A DNA stretch of 64,000 bases from Escherichia phage FL31. Of this stretch, positions 27,820 to 36,563 are shown piece after piece. The stretch lies in sequence record PP400782. One strand, written 5' to 3'. A model generated the notes under the pieces. It searched no databases, was not told the origin of the DNA, and saw only the letters and a list, made by a program, of their open reading frames with translations. The first letter of the stretch is position 1; the number at the start of each line of letters is the position of its first letter. Made by a program: the position numbers and the translations under genes.

Positions 27820-28298
27820 TCAACAATCACAATTTCTAGTTTAGTGGAATACGTATCTAAAATCTCTTCGATGACATCCCAGTTTCCACCACCAATACCT
27901 GCACCAATTCTTGGCATATAAATTACAGGCTTTGTTATCTTATTTTTTCCGAATTCATTTAATTCTATTATACAATTCATTAAAGCAGAGTACTCAAAAT
28001 TAGGTCCCGGCTCAAACTGTGTATAAAGATTAAAGCAATAAGCTTTATGGGTCTTAAAATATTTTTCATAAACCGAATAAGTCCCGAGTTTAGACTCGTC
28101 TCCGAATTCGGTTTGAAGTTTATCGGCTTCTAAAATTTTTGGATAAGCCTTTGCCAATTGACCTGCTACACCGGCACCCATTGTATGAAAACAATTGCAC
28201 CCATGAGCAATATTATTACCTTTAGAAAACAGGGCGACAATATCGCCCTTGATATAGTTTTTAATCACTTGCTGCAAGTCCTCTAGTATAAGAGTCAA
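27801..28298 (-). CDS. Macro-domain-like protein (putative ADP-ribose binding/processing)
   Basis: NIAHGCNCFHTMGAGVAGQLAKAYP and PRIGAGIGGG motifs typical of macro domains. Confidence 0.5.
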   Translation of the reverse strand: MTLILEDLQQVIKNYIKGDIVALFSKGNNIAHGCNCFHTMGAGVAGQLAKAYPKILEADKLQTEFGDESKLGTYSVYEKYFKTHKAYCFNLYTQFEPGPNFEYSALMNCIIELNEFGKNKITKPVIYMPRIGAGIGGGNWDVIEEILDTYSTKLEIVIVDWEPLL

Positions 28299-28608
28299 CT
28301 AGACGGTCCACCATAGAATTGCATGCTGCCTTATCTTTAGGTTCCGCCACCGAGCATTCTAATATTTGCCATTTTTTATGATATCGTTTAATTAAGGTAG
28401 ACGCCTTGAACCTACTAGACGCCCCATCTTTTTCTCCGTCTTTATACGCGTATAACAATTTTTGTGAAAAATCTACTTTACACTCTTGACTTTTACCACA
28501 ATAATCAGACGCCGTTCTGTTTGTATACTCCGTTACATCAGTATATGTAGTATTAGCAAGAGCGTTAAATGAAACCAAGCCAACTATTAAAGCCAACATT
28601 TTGGTCAT
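28261..28608 (-). CDS. Secreted protein with signal peptide
   Basis: MTKMLALIVGLVSFNALA N-terminus; several cysteines. Confidence 0.5.
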   Translation of the reverse strand: MTKMLALIVGLVSFNALANTTYTDVTEYTNRTASDYCGKSQECKVDFSQKLLYAYKDGEKDGASSRFKASTLIKRYHKKWQILECSVAEPKDKAACNSMVDRLVDSYTRGLAASD

Positions 28609-29147
28609 TCTTTTATTTCCAGTAGTTTATTTGATTTAAGGTAATTAGCCTTTTCTAGGACTTCAGAAGCATATTTACTTCCAGCACTTGTCTTCCATCC
28701 AGCATTATATGAGGATATAGCTTTTCTTATATCCCCGTTATGTATATTTAACCAATAAGAAAATTCGATATAAGCCCATCTGGCTGAATTAGACCGCTTA
28801 GATAGCATTTTCTTAATTTGGGCATCAGTCATATTATAACCAAGCTGGTTAATTCTTGCCCTCATTGTTGGTAGATAATTTTGGAACATTCCATACGCAT
28901 GGTGACCTTTCTTATCTTTAAGATTAATACCGGCAGATGATTCCTGCCATAGTATTGCGGCCATTATGTATCCAAGTCCTTTCTTATGCATATTTTCATG
29001 CGTTTTAAATTTTCCGTCCTTAGAAAACTGTTCCCCAAACTGATAAGCATAATTCAAGTTATCGAGTTGGACATTACTAAAAGTATGCTCGGAGCTATGT
29101 GCTGATAATGAAAGAGCAAATAGACCAGCGAGTAGTGCTTTTCTCAT
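28605..29147 (-). CDS. Secreted lytic-transglycosylase-like (SLT domain) protein
   Basis: Signal peptide MRKALLAGLFALSLSAHS; WQESS (catalytic E-S), AYGMFQ, SYNAGW motifs. Confidence 0.6.
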   Translation of the reverse strand: MRKALLAGLFALSLSAHSSEHTFSNVQLDNLNYAYQFGEQFSKDGKFKTHENMHKKGLGYIMAAILWQESSAGINLKDKKGHHAYGMFQNYLPTMRARINQLGYNMTDAQIKKMLSKRSNSARWAYIEFSYWLNIHNGDIRKAISSYNAGWKTSAGSKYASEVLEKANYLKSNKLLEIKE

Positions 29148-29155
29148 GTTTACCT

Positions 29156-29614
29156 CTAGATTTTAATCACTGCTTTAGAAGCTTTTCCTGGTAGTCGTTT
29201 ACTGTTAATAATAGCCATTCTGCATTGAAGAGTCTTCATTTTGAATGCCGGATTTTCGCGACAAACTGTAAGTCCTAACCAAAGATTTCCGTCAGTTATT
29301 TCTAAACGGCCCGGGCGATATTCGACACCTTCGTCAAAATCTTCATCAACATCTGGACGTGCCGGCATTGATAAAAATTCTGCAACTTCTTTAACATGAT
29401 TTTTTACTTTATGAAATAATTCAAAAACGTAATTCTCATCTATTTCTCTCTGGATGGCACGATCTAAGAGATGCTGAGAATACTTGATATGAAAGCCTGG
29501 TAGTCCAAGAGACTTTGCAGCATCTTTTATACCGGCATTTATTTTGCGGAACTCCGTTTCAAAGATTCGACGGAGTTTATTACGGCGGATAAAAACTTCC
29601 GAATTGATAGTCAT
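29156..29614 (-). CDS. regB: Endoribonuclease RegB
   Basis: ATG at 29614 with GAGGAG RBS; MTINSEVFIRRNKLRR... resembles recalled T4 RegB. Confidence 0.8.
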   Translation of the reverse strand: MTINSEVFIRRNKLRRIFETEFRKINAGIKDAAKSLGLPGFHIKYSQHLLDRAIQREIDENYVFELFHKVKNHVKEVAEFLSMPARPDVDEDFDEGVEYRPGRLEITDGNLWLGLTVCRENPAFKMKTLQCRMAIINSKRLPGKASKAVIKI

Positions 29615-29625
29615 TTTGATTTCTC

Positions 29626-29671
29626 CTCTAGTTGACAAGTCTATAGTAACACAACTAGAGGAGAAGTAAAC
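29626..29671 (-). promoter_or_regulatory. PeSL-like early promoter with perfect 10-bp inverted repeat; drives regB
   Basis: Minus strand GTTTAC-TTCTCCTCTAGTTGTGT-TACTAT; arms CCTCTAGTTG/CAACTAGAGG, downstream arm includes the regB Shine-Dalgarno. Confidence 0.6.
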
Positions 29672-29675
29672 TACT

Positions 29676-29891
29676 TTATTGATAAAACGGAGTTAAAGCC
29701 CAAGATTCTTTAGATACTATATTGGCGAAACGCCTCATCTCTTCGATTTGGCGTCGACGCTGATCAGCATAGTCTTCTTCGCCTTCTTCCTTACAATCTT
29801 CAAGGTCTTCTTCAAGATACTTTAAGTATTCACTACAAATTTTGTTGACCTTTTCTTGAAAGTCCAATAACCCAGTAATAGTAGAAGCCAT
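29676..29891 (-). CDS. Hypothetical small acidic protein
   Basis: 71 aa ORF. Confidence 0.45.
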   Translation of the reverse strand: MASTITGLLDFQEKVNKICSEYLKYLEEDLEDCKEEGEEDYADQRRRQIEEMRRFANIVSKESWALTPFYQ

Positions 29892-30325
29892 TAGTATTTT
29901 TCCTCAGGTCGAAATACCGCACGACATGCCCACATGCTGGCTTCTTTTAGATGTTGCTTAGCATACTTAAGAGCCTGCACTGCATCCATATCTTCTTTGG
30001 TTTGTTGCTCTGTTTCATTTTCTTTCAAGATATATGCTTCTTCAATCAGAGCATCAAACAACAATCCAAGACGGACTTCGGCATCTTTAATAGCGTTCAC
30101 TTTACCGATTTTATCATCGGTATGCGGCTTGTAGCCTTTGATGTCTTCAATCGACATAAGGAATTTCCTCATCGGTGGCAAGGTCATATTCGACAAATTG
30201 GATAGGCTTATTAATACCATATCCACGTACAGTGATATCAGTTGTCGGGTAGTTTCCAGTAATATCACCCATTCTAAATGATTCAATGAATGATTGCTCG
30301 CCTGGGCAAGTAAACCAGGCGGCAA
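29891..30325 (-). CDS. Hypothetical protein (start uncertain)
   Basis: 144 aa track ORF overlaps the 30147-30371 ORF; internal Met (MSIEDIKGY...) may be the true start. Confidence 0.35.
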   Translation of the reverse strand: MPPGLLAQASNHSLNHLEWVILLETTRQLISLYVDMVLISLSNLSNMTLPPMRKFLMSIEDIKGYKPHTDDKIGKVNAIKDAEVRLGLLFDALIEEAYILKENETEQQTKEDMDAVQALKYAKQHLKEASMWACRAVFRPEEKY

Positions 30326-30371
30326 AACATTTTAAAACATCTTCAGACCCTTCTATAAACAATTTAGCCAT
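30147..30371 (-). CDS. Hypothetical small protein
   Basis: 74 aa ORF. Confidence 0.4.
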   Translation of the reverse strand: MAKLFIEGSEDVLKCFAAWFTCPGEQSFIESFRMGDITGNYPTTDITVRGYGINKPIQFVEYDLATDEEIPYVD

Positions 30372-30733
30372 TATAGACTCTCAGTAAAGGTGCGAGCGAT
30401 AACGTCACGCTGCTGTTCCGGAGTCAGAGAGTTAAAGCGAACTGCATAACCGGATACACGGATGGTCAGCTGCGGATATTTTTCCGGATGCTTAACTGCA
30501 TCTTCCAGAGTTTCACGACGCAGAACGTTAACGTTTAGATGTTGTCCACCTTCAATTTTAACTTTAGGTTGATGTTCAATTTCAATTTCACGGGCATTCA
30601 AACCGTAGAAAATTTCTGGGTCTACAATAGCGTCTTCTTTAAAAGTTTTAGAGACAATAATCCGGGCTTGAGTACCGTCTTCAAAATAAATAGTGCCTTT
30701 GTGTGTGCCTTCAAGAATTTGATATGCTTTCAT
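30371..30733 (-). CDS. Autonomous glycyl radical cofactor (GrcA/YfiD-like; T4 Y06I-type)
   Basis: C-terminal [29 protein letters not shown] glycyl-radical signature. Confidence 0.8.
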   Translation of the reverse strand: MKAYQILEGTHKGTIYFEDGTQARIIVSKTFKEDAIVDPEIFYGLNAREIEIEHQPKVKIEGGQHLNVNVLRRETLEDAVKHPEKYPQLTIRVSGYAVRFNSLTPEQQRDVIARTFTESL

Positions 30734-30739
30734 ATAACC

Positions 30740-31048
30740 TCAATTAGAAAATAAATTTATCCAAGTTTTTTCTTTAATCAAAAATGGGTCGGAATTAAAC
30801 GCCATTAAACTTTGAGTGATTAATCCCTTAAATGGCCCATCAATAAATTCCATTTTGAAATGTGGAATACTAGTCATCAACCGTGCATTAGGAGCAGTAC
30901 AAAGAACCTGCTGCCCTGCGAACGGTCCTTTAGTCAAACGGTATCGTTTAGGTTTAAAATGGTAAATCTCGTAATTTTCTACAAGAGCCATTTTATTGCA
31001 TACTGGGCTGTTATAACAATATTCAAAAACTTCAATAGTGGTCATCAT
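30740..31048 (-). CDS. Hypothetical protein
   Basis: 102 aa ORF. Confidence 0.45.
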   Translation of the reverse strand: MMTTIEVFEYCYNSPVCNKMALVENYEIYHFKPKRYRLTKGPFAGQQVLCTAPNARLMTSIPHFKMEFIDGPFKGLITQSLMAFNSDPFLIKEKTWINLFSN

Positions 31049-31584
31049 TGCATTCCAATCACAAAAAATTGAGGACGAGCATTACCGCCGATGCAATATT
31101 TGCTTTTGCAACAGTGTTGGACTGTTTTAATATGCACATTGTAAATCTTATCCATATCAGGAGCTTTAATAGGCTCGTCAATTATGTACAGAATACGAGA
31201 AAGCGTTAATCCACGGAATTTAGAACCTTCATTGCCAATAAAACTACGAACAGAATCAGTAAATAAACGGAATCGAATATCGTCGCTAGAATAACGAGAA
31301 AATTCTTTTTTAATGTTGCAGGCAGAAATTTTAGCATAAGCTGAAGTATTAGAAAGAACAATAACTGTTCCACCATCATACAGCCAATTAACAGCAAAAT
31401 TAGTTACTGCGGTCGATTTACCTGATTGTCTGCCGCCGTCTAAACGAAGTGTACAGTACTGCTTGAGTACGTCTTCAAATGGTGGGACATAACCGTTCTT
31501 ACAAATTTCTTCTACTCTAGCATCAGAATGGTGTGTAAAAGCATTCATCAGGGATAGATAAGGACCAGTTAAAAATGTTCTCAT
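31045..31584 (-). CDS. P-loop NTPase of unknown function
   Basis: GGRQSGKST (Walker A), ILYIIDEP (Walker B). Confidence 0.55.
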   Translation of the reverse strand: MRTFLTGPYLSLMNAFTHHSDARVEEICKNGYVPPFEDVLKQYCTLRLDGGRQSGKSTAVTNFAVNWLYDGGTVIVLSNTSAYAKISACNIKKEFSRYSSDDIRFRLFTDSVRSFIGNEGSKFRGLTLSRILYIIDEPIKAPDMDKIYNVHIKTVQHCCKSKYCIGGNARPQFFVIGMQ

Positions 31585-31697
31585 TTAGTTTCTCTTTTAG
31601 GTTGGGCCATTCCGTGGCGCATGAATTGTCCATTTCTGTATTTACCCCTCCAAGTAATTATGAATATACTATCACAATTCTAGGAGAAAGTAAACTG

Positions 31698-32000
31698 TTA
31701 TTTATCTTTAATTACTTTAGCTGCTTCGATAGCCGCTTGCTGAAGGTCATCCATAGACATACCGAATTTAGAAGCAAAGTTATCAATTTTCTTTTCGACA
31801 GCATTCAAAGGCTTGGCCTGTTTACCTTCATTAGCGCCAGGAAGAGCGAGAATACGCTCTTTGTCAATATAAAGGCTTACAAGTTTCTTACGGTCTTTAT
31901 CGGACAAATCATGAAATGAATGGGCCTTTTTATTTATAGCGGCTTCTAATTTACCTGCACTCACTCGCGCTTCAGTAATAAATTCTTGATATGTTTTCAT
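31698..32000 (-). CDS. ipII: Internal protein II-like (capsid targeting sequence)
   Basis: 100 aa; N-terminal MKTYQEFITEA capsid-targeting motif. Confidence 0.7.
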   Translation of the reverse strand: MKTYQEFITEARVSAGKLEAAINKKAHSFHDLSDKDRKKLVSLYIDKERILALPGANEGKQAKPLNAVEKKIDNFASKFGMSMDDLQQAAIEAAKVIKDK

Positions 32001-32041
32001 ATGTTTCCTTTAAATGTAAATAGGTCTGAGTATTAGCTTTA

Positions 32042-32620
32042 TTAGGAATTACGGGCTGCATTAGCAACGGCGTAAGCGTACTGAACATTAGCGTCTTTAA
32101 ACGTGCCCTTAGTTGTATCTAGTTCTACCTTAAAACCGCCTTTAGCCATAACATCGGCAAATTCTTTACGGAAAGCCATTGCATCAAGACCTTTCCATGA
32201 TGATTTATGCTTGGCAAATTCAAGACCTGCGAAGTTGACAGCTTTAGCTAATTTATTATCAATGACCCATTTACCTGCTTTAGGCACAAACTTCGGACCT
32301 TTTTGTTTAGAGAACAGTTTTAAATTCCAGCGACGAAGGTCACTGTCGGCTTTAACAAAAGCTGCGTCTAAGTTACTAGCAACAACATCTTCAATATGAG
32401 CAAATTTAAGTCCGTCAACTTCAATATTTAGATCATTACGCCAGCGTAGTCCTTCCCAAGCGAAGGCTTTAAAGTCGGAAGCCTTTGTAGCTAAGTACCG
32501 TTCAATAGGAGCAGTTTTAGGGTCAAAGCCGTTTCCGCCACGATAAGTCCACTCGTCTTTATTAATGCCTTGAGCTTTTCCTGCAAAGGCCTCGGCGATA
32601 AATTCTTTATATGTTTTCAT
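32042..32620 (-). CDS. ipIII: Internal protein III-like
   Basis: 192 aa; MKTYKEFIAEA N-terminus; size matches T4 IPIII. Confidence 0.7.
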   Translation of the reverse strand: MKTYKEFIAEAFAGKAQGINKDEWTYRGGNGFDPKTAPIERYLATKASDFKAFAWEGLRWRNDLNIEVDGLKFAHIEDVVASNLDAAFVKADSDLRRWNLKLFSKQKGPKFVPKAGKWVIDNKLAKAVNFAGLEFAKHKSSWKGLDAMAFRKEFADVMAKGGFKVELDTTKGTFKDANVQYAYAVANAARNS

Positions 32621-32645
32621 TTTGTTCCTATTGATTTAATTTATG

Positions 32646-32960
32646 TTATTCTTTAGGGAAGTTTTTAGAGTATGCGTCATAAAGTTTATTACCGATGCGA
32701 CGGAAGACTTTAGCTGCAAAACGGTTTTCAGGGTTTTTAATCATGATTTGCATCATGTAAGTTCCTGCATCCGAAAGAGCTTCTTCATAGTACCCATTAA
32801 TTTCTTTAAGAGTCCTACGTTTACCACCAGGACCATCAACAGTAATTTTCCATTTACCAGTAGAAGTGCGGCTCGGTGGTTCAACTTGTTCAATCCAAAT
32901 ATAACCACCTTCAACGCGTTGGTTGGCGGATTCTGCAATAAATTCTTTATACGTTTTCAT
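32646..32960 (-). CDS. Internal-protein-like protein (CTS-bearing)
   Basis: MKTYKEFIAES N-terminus, 104 aa. Confidence 0.6.
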   Translation of the reverse strand: MKTYKEFIAESANQRVEGGYIWIEQVEPPSRTSTGKWKITVDGPGGKRRTLKEINGYYEEALSDAGTYMMQIMIKNPENRFAAKVFRRIGNKLYDAYSKNFPKE

Positions 32961-33023
32961 TTTTGTTTCCTTGTTTGTTTTGATAGAGTAATTATACCAT
33001 ATTAATACTTAAGCGTAAACAAT

Positions 33024-33284
33024 TTAAGCTTTACCGTCAGAAATAATTCCGAAGTTGTTAAAATCGTATCCAATATCGTCAACATCTACTTTAGGACTTG
33101 CTACAACATAAGCAATTTCACTACGTTTTGCATAGGTGTTGATTTCTTTACCATCGCCACCTAAGAAAGAATACCCATTACGTTTTAATGAGCCAAAGTC
33201 TTCCGCATCACCAATGAAAGCTTTAACTTTAAATTTAGGACCTTTGACATCTGTTTCAATGATAAATTCTTGATACATTTTCAT
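33024..33284 (-). CDS. Internal-protein-like protein (CTS-bearing)
   Basis: MKMYQEFIIET N-terminus, 86 aa. Confidence 0.6.
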   Translation of the reverse strand: MKMYQEFIIETDVKGPKFKVKAFIGDAEDFGSLKRNGYSFLGGDGKEINTYAKRSEIAYVVASPKVDVDDIGYDFNNFGIISDGKA

Positions 33285-33290
33285 TTTTCC

Positions 33291-33704
33291 TTAGTAAATT
33301 GATTTACCATAGTATTTGTACCAAGTAGGACGCTGAGCAATTTTTTCATCTAAGCGTGCTTGACTTATCGCAATGGACGCTTCGGACGGGACATAATTAT
33401 TACGAAATTCTACAGGAATATCGGAAATATCCTGGACAGTCGTGTCCTTGATTTTGAAACCACGTTTCAAACATTCGGCTATTAGCTCGATTTGACGTAA
33501 ACGTAAAAATTCGAGTTTGTCGTAAAAGAATGTTACGTGACCTGTGCCTAAGATAAATGTTGGAGAGATTTTAAAATCCTTTACACGTTTACCGTTTTGA
33601 ACATGTTTACGGACTGCACCAAATACGCGTGGTAATTCACGATACTCAGCCATAAGATGTTGGTCGGTCAGTTCAGAAACAAGTGTTAAATTGATACGGG
33701 TCAT
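33291..33704 (-). CDS. denV: Endonuclease V (pyrimidine dimer DNA glycosylase) DenV
   Basis: ATG at 33704; [35 protein letters not shown]... matches recalled T4 DenV. Confidence 0.9.
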   Translation of the reverse strand: MTRINLTLVSELTDQHLMAEYRELPRVFGAVRKHVQNGKRVKDFKISPTFILGTGHVTFFYDKLEFLRLRQIELIAECLKRGFKIKDTTVQDISDIPVEFRNNYVPSEASIAISQARLDEKIAQRPTWYKYYGKSIY

Positions 33705-33709
33705 AATTT

Positions 33710-33761
33710 CCTCCAAGTAGTTGATGAATGTATAGTATCAAAGTCCTTGGAGGAAGTAAAC
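33710..33761 (-). promoter_or_regulatory. PeSL-like early promoter with 8-bp inverted repeat, upstream of denV
   Basis: Minus strand GTTTAC...TACTAT; arms CCTCCAAG/CTTGGAGG. Confidence 0.55.
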
Positions 33762-33762
33762 A

Positions 33763-34044
33763 CTATTTTTCTGAAGCGCCTGAAATATATTTTTCAAGAC
33801 GCTGTTTCATCAACGAGCCGTTCTTAGCGATTTCTTCCGGTTTATCGCACATACGCAACAATGCTTCAAGCTTAACGATATCACTGGTGCGCTCAAATTT
33901 GCGAGTATCTATCTTACTAGCAAGTTCAGAAATACGTGCTAATAGACTTTCGGCTTCAACCAAAGCTGCACCTAGCTTAGTTGCAAATGTGTCAGTAGCT
34001 TCGTTAAGAATAGATTCCGATAAAAATTCACTATATGTTTTCAT
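33763..34044 (-). CDS. Internal-protein-like protein (CTS-bearing)
   Basis: ATG at 34044 gives [11 protein letters not shown]...; overlaps lysozyme stop (ATGA). Confidence 0.55.
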   Translation of the reverse strand: MKTYSEFLSESILNEATDTFATKLGAALVEAESLLARISELASKIDTRKFERTSDIVKLEALLRMCDKPEEIAKNGSLMKQRLEKYISGASEK

Positions 34045-34529
34045 ATATACGCTTTCCAAGTTCCTGTTTTAAATGTTGAGATTACGCGTTTCGCGCGATT
34101 AGGTGTCTGACGATACCATTTAGATTGGGCTAGATTTACTGCCGCTTCGTCCCAACGTTTCTGTTGAAGCATACGAAGAGAATTAGTAAAACCGGCGACG
34201 CCTGCTACACCCATTTGGAAGACCATATTGACCAATGCACAACGACGAACCGCATCTAAAAAATCATATACCGGTTTAAGTTTAGCATTACCCAAGATTC
34301 CGCGAACGGCTTTATCAACGTCTTCATTAAATAGCTTTTCAGCCTCATCAAGGGTAATTGTACCGTTGCATTTACGACCGATCATTCTGTCAAGTTCAGC
34401 TTTAGCTACGGCTAAAGACGGGTTCTTTGTTACCAAATGGCCTATGCCAATCGTCCAAAAGCCTTCAGTGTCTTTGTATAAAGTCAGTCTAAGACCTTCG
34501 TCATTACGAAGCATTTCAAATATATTCAT
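34041..34529 (-). CDS. e: Lysozyme (endolysin) e
   Basis: ATG at 34529; [32 protein letters not shown]... matches recalled T4 lysozyme. Confidence 0.95.
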   Translation of the reverse strand: MNIFEMLRNDEGLRLTLYKDTEGFWTIGIGHLVTKNPSLAVAKAELDRMIGRKCNGTITLDEAEKLFNEDVDKAVRGILGNAKLKPVYDFLDAVRRCALVNMVFQMGVAGVAGFTNSLRMLQQKRWDEAAVNLAQSKWYRQTPNRAKRVISTFKTGTWKAYI

Positions 34530-34563
34530 AATACCTCCCACGTTTATAGGAGGTATTTATTAC

Positions 34564-35037
34564 TTATAGGAGGGTAGTGAGCACCTTATATAATGATTTG
34601 CCCATTACATATTCCCATTGAGAAGGTTTAATTAAAGCGAATGCATCAAATTCAGGAATCTGTCGTCCGTCTGGGAATGTATGATAGGAATTACAAACAC
34701 TGTTTCTGAATTGCTCGTGCTCTACAGGGATGGTATATTGGAACAGATGAATATTCTTATTGTCTGAGTAATGATGTTCACCTAGGTCTTTCAGGAAGGC
34801 AGGGTCATATTGTGTAAACCCAGTTTCTTCTTCGCATTCACGAATAGCGGCTTCAATAGGAGATTCGCCAGGTTCGACACGGCCTTTAGGAATATCCCAC
34901 CGATGAGCTAAAGAACCTTTAGGACGAGAACCAGTTACACGGCCCATGAATAATTCTTTATCTTCGGTAAGGAAAATAATACCAGCTGATAGTTCTTTCA
35001 CTTTATTTTTCTTACTCATCATCTCAAATTCCTGCAT
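34564..35037 (-). CDS. nudE: Nudix hydrolase NudE
   Basis: Nudix box GRVEPGESPIEAAIRECEEETGF; start among three Met codons uncertain. Confidence 0.85.
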   Translation of the reverse strand: MQEFEMMSKKNKVKELSAGIIFLTEDKELFMGRVTGSRPKGSLAHRWDIPKGRVEPGESPIEAAIRECEEETGFTQYDPAFLKDLGEHHYSDNKNIHLFQYTIPVEHEQFRNSVCNSYHTFPDGRQIPEFDAFALIKPSQWEYVMGKSLYKVLTTLL

Positions 35038-35417
35038 TCGGTGATAAAACGTTCAACTTCATTATTCTTGGCTTTTATCTTGTCTTTACGTTCCTGTAAA
35101 CTACTTTTAACAAGATTAATAATGATGCCTACAGTACCTCCACCAATAATACCACCAATAATACTTACGATAGTAGATGCTAATAAGATAGCGATAATAT
35201 CTAGTATAGCAAAGGCACTTACTTTAGTACTAAAAAACCACACTGACGGTACAAATATAATCCATCCTGTTATCCATTGACACTTATTGAAAAACTTTTC
35301 AAGCTCAGCTTGAGTTGTTCGTATTACTTCATCGATAGGTTGATATCCATTAATGTATCTGTTCACGATAATACCTGCTGGCTGGTTGATTTTAAATTCT
35401 TGGCAAATATGTTTCAC
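35019..35417 (-). CDS. Membrane protein
   Basis: 132 aa with hydrophobic segments (GGIIGGGTVGIIINLV). Confidence 0.5.
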   Translation of the reverse strand: MKHICQEFKINQPAGIIVNRYINGYQPIDEVIRTTQAELEKFFNKCQWITGWIIFVPSVWFFSTKVSAFAILDIIAILLASTIVSIIGGIIGGGTVGIIINLVKSSLQERKDKIKAKNNEVERFITECRNLR

Positions 35418-35499
35418 TAAGTAGGATGGACATCCTGTCCAATCTACTGAATAATACGAAATACCTTCGTTGCATTAGACCAATATGTTTTGTTAATCA

Positions 35500-36186
35500 T
35501 TACCAGCCTTCCATAGGGAATTCCAGATAAACTTGAGCGTTGACACGAATTTCATTGGTAATCTTTTTAACTCGGTCTGTATTACGAGATACACGTCCAA
35601 ACCAACGCCATCCGTTACTAATTGCACGAGAACCAGTGTGCCATGTTTGCCAATCAAATTGAAGAAGAGTACGGTCTGGAGCTTCCCATTTCTCTAGTTC
35701 GCCTTTTTCGATTTTTTCGAGGACTTCTTTGTGCCACTGGCGATAGATAAGTTCGCCATCAGGAATCTGACTGAACTCTGCAGTTCCTGTTGCAAAATGA
35801 GTAGGACACACATCAGCGTTAACAAGACCAAGAATATGTTCAGACAAATAGCGAGGATTGTCATAGTCAGGTTGTCCTGCAGTAATAAAGTGTTGACCAA
35901 CTGGAATATCAGGGCGTGGAACATCGTCATGGTGATATCCAGGAATAGCAGGGTACCAGCCAGGCATCAGCATGTGGACTCGTGAATCAAATACAACCTG
36001 GTCGGTGTTCCAATCATCCGGCAAGTTCATGATGAAGCTGCGAGTAATAGGACCGCCGTTATTATAAGCAAATTCTAAACTACAGTTGAAGAACATAGGC
36101 TCGTTCTTGATTTTATCATTAGAAATACCGCCGGCAAAACCACCTACTGCACGAGCTTGACTATTAAACACTTTAGAACTATTCAT
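35500..36186 (-). CDS. Hypothetical protein
   Basis: 228 aa ORF, W/H/D-rich, no motif recognised. Confidence 0.55.
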   Translation of the reverse strand: MNSSKVFNSQARAVGGFAGGISNDKIKNEPMFFNCSLEFAYNNGGPITRSFIMNLPDDWNTDQVVFDSRVHMLMPGWYPAIPGYHHDDVPRPDIPVGQHFITAGQPDYDNPRYLSEHILGLVNADVCPTHFATGTAEFSQIPDGELIYRQWHKEVLEKIEKGELEKWEAPDRTLLQFDWQTWHTGSRAISNGWRWFGRVSRNTDRVKKITNEIRVNAQVYLEFPMEGW

Positions 36187-36187
36187 A

Positions 36188-36493
36188 TTATTTTCCTCGA
36201 CATTCTTTAATGAAATTTTCTAGATTGGTAGATTCAATAGCTTTTTTACGAGCTTCTGCGTGTTCTTCTTCGGTCAATTTATGTTTATAATTGACCCAGA
36301 CATTATGGTCGAAACTAGTCGTGGCATATAATAACAAAGCTCCGACGAATAATAAAAACGGTGATAAGAATATACAACCAGGCACACCATCCATACTGTA
36401 AGCCTTTTGTAATACTGCAACAGAAAGAGTTGCGTAAAAAAGTGATGCAAATATTGTTAAAAGACCAATTCGGTTGGTTTCGCCTAATTTCAT
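36188..36493 (-). CDS. Small membrane protein
   Basis: 101 aa, two hydrophobic helices; GAGGAG RBS. Confidence 0.5.
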   Translation of the reverse strand: MKLGETNRIGLLTIFASLFYATLSVAVLQKAYSMDGVPGCIFLSPFLLFVGALLLYATTSFDHNVWVNYKHKLTEEEHAEARKKAIESTNLENFIKECRGK

Positions 36494-36512
36494 AATATTC
36501 TCCTCATGTTTT

Positions 36513-36552
36513 GGTAGGACTACTATAACATAGTCCTATAATTGTGTAAACA
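36513..36552 (-). promoter_or_regulatory. PeSL-like early promoter cassette
   Basis: ggtaggactactataacatagtcctata + gtaaaca; TAGGACTA/TAGTCCTA arms around the -10. Confidence 0.55.
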
Positions 36553-36563
36553 GTTTTGCGAAA

